NCBI GenBank assembly: GCA_010093605.1
Contig: MU004185.1
Location: 1,633,334-1,697,333 of the forward strand
Direction of reading: 5' to 3'
Origin: Lophium mytilinum
Lineage: Eukaryota
DNA length: 64,000 nucleotides
Positions 37,861-49,700 of this stretch are shown here, one piece after another. A program made the position numbers and the translations under genes. How positions within the stretch are numbered: the first letter of the stretch is position 1; every line of letters starts with the position of its first letter. Under the pieces are notes generated by a model that made no database searches, was not told where the DNA came from, and saw only the letters and a program-made list of their open reading frames with translations.

Positions 37861-38338
37861 GATGGGTGGGATGAGTAGCAGATACAGAGACGTAAGGGGA
37901 ATAGAGTTTGCAGAAGTGAAGAAGGGTATAGCAAAAGTATGAAAGATGAGCTTTATAACGATTGCGTAGCTGGTGGTAGTACGAAATTGGTCTTCCAGTC
38001 GACCATAAGCGCGTCGGCGCGCAGTCGCGGAACCCCATGACCAAATCAGCACAGTCAACTTCAGCAAAGCTGGGAAAGACGAGACTTAAAAGAGCAAAGA
38101 ATGTCTACACTCATAAGTTAGAGAAGCTATACGCAAAGCATCAAGGTGACACCAAACGCGAGAACTCTTGAGGAGCCAGTCATGTGATCCTGAGTCACAT
38201 GACCCTCTAAACTCTTTTCTCGATTGGAAATCGGAGTACTATTTTGGGTTAAGAGTGTTTGAGTATATTCGTAGGGCCGTCCCGTTTTCCGTCATTATTT
38301 ACATCTCCAAGCCTGGCCTTCGTAAGAGCATCTCCGCC

Positions 38339-39470
38339 CTACGGATGAGTGTACACCGAGCTCCTCTTGAACTTCCTCCTCGACGGCGTGGTCGCATTCG
38401 TGGCAATCCCGTTCAGCTTATTATACACCATAGTCGTATACGGGTTCAGCGGCGCATCATAATCCACCGTGAAGATCGACACACTGACCCCACCTCCCTC
38501 TACAACATACGTCTCACCAGGAAGGTTACAATCGCCGTTTATGCACGCGTTGATACCAGCAGCCTGCGGTTCCAAGTTCGCGTAGTGAAACGTCTTGGTC
38601 GTCTCGTTCCATGCCGCGAGGTCCGTGTCCGCGTTGCCGGTCAATCGCGTCTTGAAGATCGGCGGATTGGTGTAGGAGGCGTTTAAAGGCGGGATGTTGA
38701 CGTTTGCGCCGTAACCGAGGGGGAAGATGGCCTGGCCTTTGGGGGTAGCGTCGATGAAGGACTTGATGACCTTGGCTGAGACTTCGGCGGTCCAGGTAGC
38801 CTGGTTGGTAGCGTTGGTCACGTTGAAGTAGGGAACGGAGGGATTGCTGCCGCTAAACGCAATGCCAGGGATGCTGCGGCCTACCGCGGCATAGGTAGCG
38901 CCCATGGTGCCGGAGAGAGTGTACAGGAAGGGGCCGAGATTGGTGCCGAAGTTGGGACCTGAGACGACGAGGTCTGGGGTCTTGAAAGAGCCGTAGCGAG
39001 GGAGGACGTAATCGAGGCCGACAAAAACACAAGCAGCGGGTGTGCCGTTATAGTACCAGATCTGGTTGTCTATTGGGTCTGGGCCGATTGCTGGAGCTCC
39101 GGCGGGGATAAGGTTGAATTCGGAGGGTGCGGTGAGGTTCGCAAGTTTGCTGAAGTCGGACTGCTGGATGTTAGAAACCCGATCTCAACCTGTACTCTCC
39201 AGTGCTGTATTGAAACTTACTCGACCACCCTGGCCACTCTGATCGGTCGCTGGGGCGACAATCCAGACTATTATGGCAATTAACTTGCTATTGGGTGAAA
39301 ATAGGTTTCGGAGCTGTATTACCATCATGTCCATCAGCCTTCAAGATCTTGTAAAGCTCCCGGAGATTACCACTTCCAAACCCATCATCATTGCTCATGA
39401 GGATGTTCAATCCATTGGAAACCGAAGCCAAGGACAGTGCCGCGAGAGCAATTGAAGAGGGGAAAAGCAT
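38339..39470 (-). CDS. surE: Secreted SurE-family 5'/3'-nucleotidase / acid phosphatase
   Basis: Signal peptide, ILMSNDDG, APATDQSG, NGTPAAC, VSGPNFGTNLG...SGTMGA. Two introns. Confidence 0.9.
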
Positions 39471-40702
39471 CGCGAGACAGAGAATGAAGTTTCACGAGTT
39501 TAATTGACTTGACAGAAGAAGCTCACGAGAATTGACAGCTGCGGGGAGAGGTCTTAAATGAAAGTACAGTACCTTGCTAAGCTCGTGGCCAGGGTAGCTT
39601 CGTCCGGAAGCTCTGGAATATTCCCGGCGCCATGGCCGCCGGGCCAGGAACCGGGTCACCAAGCTCGTGGATAGACATGTCCTCCTTCCCCAATGGCGTC
39701 GTCGAAGCTGGGCGTGTGATAAGGCACGCAAGGAACAGTGGTTGATGTCGGGGTGCGGGCGAGGTGCTAGGAGCTGATGGGGAAGGTGTTTGGTGGAGTA
39801 GCCGACGTCATTTGGTGAGATTGCCGTAGACTATGCATGCGTATTCTAGCCCTCTCGGACCTCGCCGGTGCCAAGTGCGATATCCGAAAACTATCAGGGC
39901 TCAGATATCTGGTATAAAGGTATCAATTTTTAGAGTCATGGAGACTCCAATCTTATTGAGCACATTAGAGCATATGGAGGTCAGAGAGATGTGAGATCTG
40001 ATAAGCTTGCTTTCGCCACTAATTTCAAGTGAACACGGTTTCTTACCAGGAAGGTAAGTGGGTGTTCGTTTCATCATACTCAACGTACTTTCTATCACGT
40101 CGCTCGCACAGTTTGGAGCCTAAGTAACTTTAAACCTTCTCTACAGCAGAGCCAATTCGCCGCGCCTCGCTGTCTATAGAATATGAACTGCTTCAACCCT
40201 TCAAGATGTGTATAGCCCGTACATACGTCCAGTATAGATCTGGAATAGAGCCCTCGGTAGAGGTGCTGGGGGTCCTAGAGGAGGTACGACAGCAGGTGTC
40301 CACGCTAGAAACTTTCGTCTAGCATCTTGCAGTCAGTCTTTATTAACTGCTGAAACATGGTTGTGCCAAGTGGCGAGACAGTACATCCTGTACGCTGCAA
40401 CACCCGAAACCATTACTCGGTTCTCACACTCAATCTTCTGGAACGTTATGAGTCGTTTACCGTTACGCACTATTATTGGTTCTTCGTCAAAGATGTCCAG
40501 ATGCGTGCATGCAGGCGTAGCCACATCTTGGCGCAGCCTGTTCGTCTCTCCAGGCTGAAGCTTTCATTACGTCCAAGACCATTTCCATCATCTTTTGTCG
40601 TCGTCTCATCAATTAACATCAATATTCCGCCGCATTGCACTCTGCCGAAACTTTGTTATTTGCTCCTAGTCAAGCCAGCCGGGTAGCTACAGCCCCACGA
40701 GG

Positions 40703-42550
40703 ATGGATTCCCAATCTTCATCGCAGCCTTCCGACAGCCTCGATAGACTATTATCTTTATTCAAGCTTAAGAGACGAGAGTATGAATACCTGCCACTCCC
40801 AACCGAGGAGTCCTTTCGACTGTTAGAGTTGCTTCCAGGTACTGGCAGACAGAAACTCGAGTACCGCCTCGTCGTCGCTGAAATCGGCCGCGCCCCGCCC
40901 TACGAGGCTATCTCATACTGTTGGGGAGATCCCACTCCAAGAGTAGACACGATGTGCAATGGCAAACACCTCAAGATAGCGGCGAACCTAGGGATGGCCT
41001 TGAGAAGCTTTCGTCTTCCTGACCGTTGCAGGACGCTGTGGGCCGACGCTGTTTGTATAAACCAGCAAGGGAATGTCGCCGAGCGAAGCCAACAGGTGCA
41101 GCGTATGAGGAAAATATACCAGAATGCTTGCCTTATTCTCGTGTGGCTAGGCGACGGGGACGACGAAAAAATAGCGAAAGCCTTCGAATTGGTAGACATC
41201 ATCAGCAATTTGTGTTGCCGAAAGGCTTCAATATCTACAAAAGAGCTGGCATTTGTAGAAAATCTTCGCCCAATTGCGATTGCTCTTAAGCCCGACGACA
41301 TTCCGGTGCCAACAAATGGAGTTCTCTTCAAGTCACTAACCTATTTCTTCAAAGCCCAGTGGTTTGGTCGCCTTTGGGTAGTGCAGGAGGTCACGGCGGG
41401 TCCTGGTGTAATGGTGAAGTATAGTCACCATGAACGGAATTGGGAAGTGGTTAGCCTAACTGCTGTATGGATTGATATCTGGAGCCTCCATGAATCCCAT
41501 CTCAATGACCTCTTCTACGGATCTCAGAAGGCGGCCATGATGCGGAAGCGGCACAGACTTAAGCCTGGAGAGTCTCCTACGGCTTCCCTAGATTTGCTCT
41601 CGAAATTCAAGACGACGGATCCAAAAGACAAGGTGTTTGCCATCCTGGGCCTTCCACTGTTTGCCAACATTCAAGTTCAGCTGTCTGTCGATTATGCGAA
41701 GCCCACGAGCGAGATATACCGCGACTTCATACTAGCCATAATCAATGACAGACAGAGCCTTAGCGCTCTAAGACTCGTATCACACCAAGATGAGGTACGC
41801 GAAGACTTACCCAGTTGGGTACCCGATTTTAGTAGGGCATGCAGCCACAACGGGAACCTATCAAAATTCGGGGCAGCACATCAGTTCCCATTCAAAGGTC
41901 TAGAAAGACCTGACGAAAATAGTATCCGATCTTCAGCACTCGAGATTGATGCGGTGGTCGAAATCCAGGATATTACAAGGCAGTGGTTTATTGCCGATGC
42001 TACATTTGCTGTGCCATCTTTAGGGTTAAAATGTCCACCTCACCCCTTTCTTACCATGTGGGATTTGCTCGCCACAAAAAGTTCGTATCCGACAGGTGAA
42101 ACATCTACGGAAGCATATGCAAAGACACTCACTTTGGGCGAGAGACTGCTCGAAGGTGGCAATTTCAAGAAGCAAAAGCCAGAGACTTATTTGTCGGAAG
42201 TGGATCTCTGGGTGGCTCGCCTACGCCATTATGCTTGTAATAGTGTAGACAATTCTTTACTTATACCAGAACAATCACGAACTAAGTACGCATTAACTGC
42301 GCACAGAATGTCTAGAAATCGGACATTCTTCCGGACTGCTAAAGGCTACTTCGGCGTAGGACCTCGTATGACGAGGCCTGGCGACTGGATATTTGTGCTG
42401 CGAGGCAGTCGTTCGCCGTGTTTATTACGACGAAAAGGAGAGGATTTTCAGCTCATAGGTGCTTCATACCTGCATGGCATCATGGATGGTGAAGCTGTTG
42501 AGATGTGCAAAGCTGGAAAGCTAAAAGTGGCGAAAGTTACGATACGATAA
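40703..42550 (+). CDS. HET domain protein (HET-6-like)
   Basis: FRLLELLPG, YEAISYCWG, LWADAVCINQ...ERSQQV..M..IY, WFGRLWVVQE, TDPKDKVFAILGL, LPSWVPD, LIGASYLHGIMDGE. Confidence 0.93.
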   Translation: MDSQSSSQPSDSLDRLLSLFKLKRREYEYLPLPTEESFRLLELLPGTGRQKLEYRLVVAEIGRAPPYEAISYCWGDPTPRVDTMCNGKHLKIAANLGMALRSFRLPDRCRTLWADAVCINQQGNVAERSQQVQRMRKIYQNACLILVWLGDGDDEKIAKAFELVDIISNLCCRKASISTKELAFVENLRPIAIALKPDDIPVPTNGVLFKSLTYFFKAQWFGRLWVVQEVTAGPGVMVKYSHHERNWEVVSLTAVWIDIWSLHESHLNDLFYGSQKAAMMRKRHRLKPGESPTASLDLLSKFKTTDPKDKVFAILGLPLFANIQVQLSVDYAKPTSEIYRDFILAIINDRQSLSALRLVSHQDEVREDLPSWVPDFSRACSHNGNLSKFGAAHQFPFKGLERPDENSIRSSALEIDAVVEIQDITRQWFIADATFAVPSLGLKCPPHPFLTMWDLLATKSSYPTGETSTEAYAKTLTLGERLLEGGNFKKQKPETYLSEVDLWVARLRHYACNSVDNSLLIPEQSRTKYALTAHRMSRNRTFFRTAKGYFGVGPRMTRPGDWIFVLRGSRSPCLLRRKGEDFQLIGASYLHGIMDGEAVEMCKAGKLKVAKVTIR

Positions 42551-43165
42551 AGGCTCCTGACTTTGGAAAGAAAAGACCCAAATATCCAAGGGCTCTCAGT
42601 GGCTCTTAGCCGGATCGAAGCAGTACTTGGATTTCATGAATAGAGGGACTTGCTAGAGCGAAAATGACCACCTCACCATACCCGGCCTCCGCCTCATCTG
42701 CACATAAACAACTCTTTCACCACTCAACCTTCAAAACACCTTAATAATCAACACTAATCAGATACTTCGGCTTCGTAGGCGGCACGTTCTTCTTGGAAAC
42801 TTTTCATATTACTCGTCTCCGCTCTCCTCTTCCATCGAAGCAGCACGCCAACATTGCAAAAGTCGCCTTCGGATCTTCAACGGGATGACGGTCTCGTAGC
42901 ATGTTGTTACCAGCCCATCGTCCCCAAGGTAGTAGCATCTTAGGAGTGCGTTAGGGTCTGGAACGCTTACCTGGGCCGTTTTGAATAGTCCTTCCAACCT
43001 CGCCGATGCCATCGACCCCCGATCGCTGCAAATAGCATGACAAGTAGCATGATACGACATGAACATTAGTGCATTAAGACTCCACAAGTTTCTACCCGGA
43101 CTGAGATATGACCACCTGGCCTGATTCAACCTTCTAGTAATCATGCCTCTTTGACAAGAGGCTCG

Positions 43166-44302
43166 CTACCCAGCTTCGCCCGCACTTGATGACGCCTTTT
43201 TCTCTTCCAAGCGGGACTTGTACTCATCTAATCTTGAGATGACTGTGCAGCCATTCCAGGTCTCCCCGTCACCGTCGGATTCCCGTCGTGGCAAACCAAT
43301 TTGCTCCAGCGCGAATGACGCCGCTACACTGCCGTACGCCGCTGCTTCAGCCAGAGTCTCTGTCCGCTGGAGTCCAACTCCAAAGCCACCAAGAAAGGCG
43401 TTGCCTGCACCGGTGGGATCAATCACTTGAGTGGCACCGAGCTCGTAAAACGCGGGCATCCAGACCGCAGATTCCGAGCGGGACATAGTAAGGCTACCAT
43501 ACTGGCCGGCCCTGATAACGATGCATCCTTGTCCAGAATGCCCAATGGAGGCATCCAAGAAATTTTGGGCGTATGCCTACAATTCTGCTGGTTTGAAGCT
43601 GTTTGGGGGTTCCGGTGTGAACAAGCCGGTCATTTCGAGGTGGTTGGGTGAGAACACGTCCACCAACTTGCAAGCATCCAAGAAAGCCTGGCGGTTCTCA
43701 AGCGTACATGTCATGGGGAGTGGTTCCCATACGATGTACGGACGTTCAGTAATCCCTCGTTTTCTGCGCAAAGACATGAGCTCCGGTATCTGCTGCACAA
43801 CTTCTGCGGGTGTGGCCAGCAAGTGGAATGCTTTGGAGCGCAGCAAATGGGCTTCGGCTTGTAGATGCTTCGGCGTAGATTTCATTGGCTCCGTTGTGTA
43901 TCTGAACTTCTTCGCTGGCATATATTAGCTAAATGCGGTGTCTTGAGGAAGAGTTCACTCACGCCCGAAAGTCGTATCTTCATACTTCAAAAGACCTCTC
44001 GTCGATAAGGTTGTGGGGTCTTTCCTGAATGCAAGTGACGTTTCCCAGTCACGAAGAGTACTCTCGGCGGGTTGAGGAAAGTCTTTGCCGGCCAGAACCA
44101 GACAGCCAACTCCCTTTGAATGAGCACCGCTATTGAACAAGCGCGCTCCCAATGTAGTGTAAGCCCCAGAGCCGCCGATGACATTGGATATCGGTGCCTT
44201 GCCAGGAAATCGGATTTCGTCCAGCACTATCATTCCCAGGGAGGTGAATACCGGCGTACATTCCTCTTCTTGGCCCCGAGTACGAGAGAAACACTGGTCC
44301 AT
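43166..44302 (-). pseudogene. PfkB-family carbohydrate kinase (MAK32-like) with one in-frame TAG
   Basis: LGMIVLDEI, GGSGAY..LGAR, VWEP, VFSPNHLE, VIDPTGAGNAFLGG. One intron near 43914-43962. TAG at 43577-43579 inside an otherwise continuous frame (PAEL*AYAQNFLDAS). Confidence 0.75.
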
Positions 44303-44473
44303 GATAGCCAATATCGTGACTTGTTATGTATTGAAGTCTTCTGGAGGTTCTTGCTGCAGAAGAGGGGCAGTCATTAGGTAATGTGCCCACGTGGTGCCGT
44401 ACCAGATCTTGTACTACGTACGGGCCAATCTGTAACCATTGTGAAACAACAACAACCCCTTCCCCTTCCTCCA

Positions 44474-44760
44474 CGTTGGACCAAAGCGACTTCTTTGATG
44501 GTGAGGTGAAGGAGCTAGATTTGGTTGTGATGATGGAATGCCCGGACGGAGAATTGGTTGAGCGGCTGGAGCTACGGGACCGTGCGGATGATACGACGGA
44601 GATCATACGGATGAGATCGGATACTTTTCAAGAGTCGACATCGAAGGTAATTGCGTACTTTGAGGGCGCGAATAAGCTGGTTCGGATCGATGCAAAACAA
44701 AGCGTCGAAGAAGTGCATGCGCTGATGGTCAAGGTGCTTGCTGAGAGGGTCGGAATTTAA
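44474..44760 (+). pseudogene. C-terminal fragment of an adenylate/UMP-CMP kinase
   Basis: TLDQ...VVMMECPDGELVERL..RDRADD...IIRMRSDTF...VIAYF...LVRIDA..SVEEV matches the NMP-kinase C-terminal half. No P-loop upstream, and no room for one before the PfkB start. Confidence 0.65.
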
Positions 44761-44980
44761 GTCGCAGGGAATGCCCCAAAGATCGAAAGCGAAGGAGATG
44801 GTAGCAATTGCACATACAAAGGTAGGATCCTGTTGAGCCAGACCGGCCCCATACAAGGAGAAGGGAAGTGGGGATGGCGCTGGACCACAAGAGTCTTTGG
44901 AGGAAGTGAGTTTGCACTGGGAAGGTTTTCGGTAACTACGGCCTGGCATACATAAGACCACTCCTATACTACTTCATACC

Positions 44981-45961
44981 TCAATCCTGAATCCGCTGAT
45001 TACAGAAAGGCGGCACAGCATAGTAAATAAAGGCATGCACCACACACGCTGTCAAATCCCCCGTCCAATGCACCCAATGATACGTAAACCTATGTGCCGC
45101 ACTCATCAACCCCAAGCACCTCGCTGGATTGCAGCTCAACCCCAAATACCCTGGCACCGCAATCCCTCCTGCAAATAGCGCAATTGCTGAACTAAACCCT
45201 ACCAGAAAGGGCCCCAGCGCAGGCCCAAAAGACCCCTGATTCCGCGGATCAAGACCCAGTCCAAAGGCGAGGAAAAGCACGAACAGTGCGCCCATAGTCT
45301 CCAGTGCGAACGCTTGAGTGGCAGAGACTTGTGCAGCGTCGACGTAGCAACCCGGGGAGAACACGAGAGTGGACGGCGAACCACCAAGCGACGCACGGAG
45401 AATGTAGGCGCCGACTACACCGCCGATACATTGGAAAGTGATATACAAAACCATCCGCGGCAGACTCGTGAGTTTGGCAAGGAAGGTCGCGAACGTGATC
45501 AGCGGCGTCAGATGCGCGCCTGTCACAGGGCCGAGACTGAAGATGAACAGCGTGATGATAAGGAATTGCACCACTGCCGCAATGGCAACTGGCAAAATTG
45601 GCCCGAGTGGCGTCGCTGAGGATAGGTTGGCAGTGCCATGCGAGACGAGTCCAGCAATGAAGACCCAGCAGCAGAGACCGACGCCTTCGAGACAGGCGCT
45701 GCGCCAGAGGTGGACGTCAGCGAAGGGGCGGAGGGAGAGAATACCGGACCACTTTGGAGACTGGACAGCGTCGGGATTCGTGCGTTGGAGGGTTTCGTAT
45801 TCGGGGTCGGATTGGGAGACGGCTTGGAGTTGGTTGCCACCGAGGCGGCCGACGAAGGGTTGGGAGTTTATGTTGGAGGGAACGATGGGGGCAGAAGGGG
45901 TACGCCAGCGGCGGATCGGGGCGGGATCTTCTGGGATTTTAAGGTCTAGGAAGTTGTCCAT
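44981..45961 (-). CDS. Major intrinsic protein (aquaporin), XIP-like
   Basis: Six hydrophobic helices; loop B GAHLTPL, loop C SPGC, loop E CNPARCLG, HWVHW. Confidence 0.88.
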   Translation of the reverse strand: MDNFLDLKIPEDPAPIRRWRTPSAPIVPSNINSQPFVGRLGGNQLQAVSQSDPEYETLQRTNPDAVQSPKWSGILSLRPFADVHLWRSACLEGVGLCCWVFIAGLVSHGTANLSSATPLGPILPVAIAAVVQFLIITLFIFSLGPVTGAHLTPLITFATFLAKLTSLPRMVLYITFQCIGGVVGAYILRASLGGSPSTLVFSPGCYVDAAQVSATQAFALETMGALFVLFLAFGLGLDPRNQGSFGPALGPFLVGFSSAIALFAGGIAVPGYLGLSCNPARCLGLMSAAHRFTYHWVHWTGDLTACVVHAFIYYAVPPFCNQRIQD

Positions 45962-46792
45962 CTTTGTTGGGAGTGTCGTGGAGATATCTTAGGTAGGCTC
46001 ACAGCATGAACGTATATAGGGACTTGGGCGTAGGATGGTTTTTATAATGAAAAATAAGGAAAGTCAGAATGTGATGGTCAAAGCGAGAAAAGTTTGATAT
46101 ATAGACTGGAAGGAGAGATGAGAGGAACATTGCATAGCAGGAAAATTGCTTTTCCAATGACCAACGAAGATTGGTTTAGATTTGCCACTTCGACTTAGAG
46201 GCTGAACCAAAGATACGGAGGCCGCCGATAAGGTTCAACATGTGGCTGGATTGTTCGGAGAGCTGCGGCTCGCGTTCTAAATGCTTCGGTCCGAGCAAAA
46301 GCGAAGGCGGGGTGCTTTGCGATGCAAAAATTCTTAGCTAGTAAGTATGAGGAAGGGAGGAAGCAGGTGGAGAGGTTGTGGCCAAGTCGATGGATGCCAT
46401 AGCACGTGATCTTTCAGCTCTACGCATGTTCATCAGCTCTGAAACACGTGACCAAACCTTAGATCAAGACCCCTATGAGTATGCAAGAGACCCGTAAGGG
46501 CGAAGAGCGCGTTGGTATACACTGATAATACTCATGTTTATAAGGAAATGGCACCCCTCTAGCAAATCAGCGGGTCGGGAGATTTACGCTCCAAGTACTG
46601 AATTCAGAAGCCTCTTAACGCTTCGCTCCCGACAAAGGTACCCTTGCTTAAGCGTTGTATCTTCACCTCGTCCTGCCTATTCCTCATCTTCGTATGAGCA
46701 CTTATCCTCATTTCGAAACTGCCCAAGCGCAGCTTCCGCCGGTGCTGCCCATAGCGAGCAGCACATCAAGTATAAAAGGAATATACCCTCCT

Positions 46793-49700
46793 CTACGCAT
46801 CAGCACCACCTCCACCCGGTTCAAGCCCCATCCTCTGCGCAAACGTCGCCGCCAGACCCCTTGTCGAACTCCCTCCCAGCAGCTCAAATACTGAAACCTC
46901 AACCTTCAACACTTTCAGAAACCAATTCCTTAGCTCCATCGCGATCAGTGAGTCCACGCCATACGAGTGCAGCGGCTTATCCACATCAAAGCTCTCCGTA
47001 ACTATGGAAAGGAACTTCGACAGCTTCTGCTTGAGAGCTGTCAAAAGCACACTCGTCAACTGCTCCGGCGACTCCGCGCTTTGCAGCAGCGCATTCGTAT
47101 CCTGCGCCGCAGTCGAATCCGCCGTATTCGCGGAGGCAGTCGTGGCAGAGACTTGATGCAAGATACTGAACATCGGCTGGCTCATCCAAGTCGGTTCTTG
47201 GGCGCCTTTCGCAGCGACGGACGCGGGTAGTTCCAAGCCAGTGATGACTTGCGCCCGAGTGACTGTTGGTTGGCAGTACTGACCCAGGATTGCGAAGAGC
47301 TCTTCCTGCGACATTGGGAGCAGCTGCTTTACGTTGACGATCTGCTCGAAGACTTCGCGGTGGTCGGCGAGGACGCCTTCGGACTGCATCGCACTGAGAT
47401 CAATTGATGTTGCTTTTTGGCCGATGGAGACGCGGTATTGGGCCAGCGCGTCTTCGAAGGTGTTGCCTGCTGCGTAGCTGGACTGGACTTGGGAGCCAAT
47501 GATGCCGGTGAGAGAGGAGAGGAAAACGAAGAAGTCCATGTCGCGGGGTAGGAGGGTGTGGAGGTTCCAGGACCCAGTGACTTTGGGTACGAGAGCTTCG
47601 TTCCATTCGTTGCAGGTCATTTTGTCGAAATAGGTGTCTCTGAAAACCGCCGAAGCTTGGAAGCAGCCCTTAATAGGAGGCATCGACTGCGCGCAACAGC
47701 CCAGAACTTCGCTCAGCGTGTTTCGGTCAGTGATATCGCAAGGCGGCGCGGAGACTTCGACGCCCATCCCCTTCATCTCCTCGACGAATTTGGTGGCGAC
47801 AGTACCGCTTGCACCACGGCGCGAGAGGAGGAGGAGATGGCGGGCGCCTCTCGATACTAACCACTTGGCTATGCTCCGTCCTTGCCCGCCTAAACCACCG
47901 GCAATCACATATGTGCTCTCTGCTTTCAATGTCCACGTGGTTCGAGCTGGTATCAAAGCCTAATAGGGGTAAGCAAGACTTCTATGTATAATTTGCGAGA
48001 GCTTACCGGAACATGCGCAGAAGGCATCATTTCAACAACGACCTTCCCAGAGTTTTTCCCCGTCTGGAGATACCTAAATGCCTCTTCCACCCGAGCAATG
48101 GGAAACGTCTCGAAGGGACGCACAACCTTGAGCGCACCGTTTTCGAACAACCGCAAGACATTGGCAAGGCTCCGAGATACCAGATCCGGACGCTCTGTTG
48201 CCATTGCAGCAATATCAATGGCGCTGAACGTCACATTTCTCTCGAACTGCGCTAAGGGGAGGTTACGACGATCTAGGATATCGCGTTTGCCAATCTCAAT
48301 GAAGCGGCCATAAGGCGCAACGCACTCCCAGGAAGCCAAGAGGCTGGCCCCAGACAGGGAGTTCAAAACGACGTCAACTCCTTTGCCCTTGGTAAGACGT
48401 TGGATGGCTTTGGCGAAAGATAAGTCCCTGCTGTATAGGATACTCTCTTCCGGTACCTGATACAACTGCATCAGCAATTGCTTCTTGCTCTCAGAACTCA
48501 CAGTCGTATAGACGATAGCACCAAAATACTGAGCGACCTGAACCGCCGCCTGCCCCGTTCCGCCTGCCCCCGCGTGGATCAAAACCGTCTCCCCAGGCTG
48601 CAGACGTGCAGTGTCGAACAGCGCCCGATACGCAGTGATAAAGTTCGTTGGAATCGATGCTGCTTCGGCAAAGGACAGGTTTTCTGGTATGAGAGCGACG
48701 GCAAAGTCCCTGCACCTGATTGTACGTCGGAACGCATCTAAATGGCAGGCTACAACACGATCTCCAGGCTTGCTATTGCACTGACTACCGGCTCGGAGCA
48801 CAACTCCAGAACACTCAGTGCCGAAAGTGCTGTCATTGACGTGTCCCATTGCAACAAGCACGTCTTTGAAATTGACGCCTGTGGCTCTGACCTCGACTTC
48901 TAGTTCGTCGGGGGCGAGAAATGAGTCGTCTTGAGCCAACTCGGCAAAGTATAGTGAATCTAGTAGCCCGGGTGATTTGATCTGCAGGGTAAGATCTCGA
49001 TGTCCCCATTGCGTTTCCTGGGGCTGCGGTACTGTCATACTGTAGACAGTCTGGTCGAGGTCGTCATCTTCGTATATACGTGGAATTATGAGCAAATCAT
49101 CGGATACTGATAGCTCAGGTTCATAAACCCCGGTCTTGATGCCAATGAGCGTATTCTCGAGAGCTTGGGATATATGCCGTCTACGAGAGTCATCGCTTGC
49201 GCCACTCAATATAAGATGCGTAAAGATAAGGCCTGTTCTCTCTGTACGTAGAGTTCTCGCAAAGCCGGTTATCATTGCATGCTGTGGACAGTCCGAATCT
49301 GAAGTGGTCGTCTCAGAAATCCACAGAAGTGCTTTCGCTGTTGTAAACACGGTTTGGAAGTGACAGAACTGATCTTCCGACAGCTGGTCTAACTGTGGCC
49401 ATGGCGTTTCATAAGCAACGATGACAAGGCAGTCGCTCAGGTCAGAAGCATTCGCGGCGCCTTGGAAAGATTCAATGACAACCTGAGAGTTTCCAACTTG
49501 CTTTCTCACAGTCTGGGCTAGACCGTTATCAGATGAAGTCTCGAAACCTGCAATAATACGTATAAAATGATTGTCAACGGCTATTATTGGATGTGGCTCT
49601 AGCCTTCTGGCTGATTCAACTTCCGTAATTGGAGTAAATTCGGCAGTCGTTGCGGCATCGATGGGGGCTGTCGAGTCAATAGCCGTAGAGATCATCAGAC

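Noticed and set aside
39901..40524. Short minus-strand ORFs with TAG-interrupted frames, a possible decayed gene
   Set aside because: No recognisable motif or consistent frame; needs tBLASTx.
42600..43144. 111-aa minus-strand ORF downstream of PfkB
   Set aside because: No recognisable homology or supportable gene structure.
36724..44302. Genome-wide TAG reassignment (alternative genetic code) to explain the internal TAGs
   Set aside because: Several intact genes here end at TAG at plausible C-termini (6661, 10891, 23018, 63674), and long genes such as the PKS contain no internal TAG.
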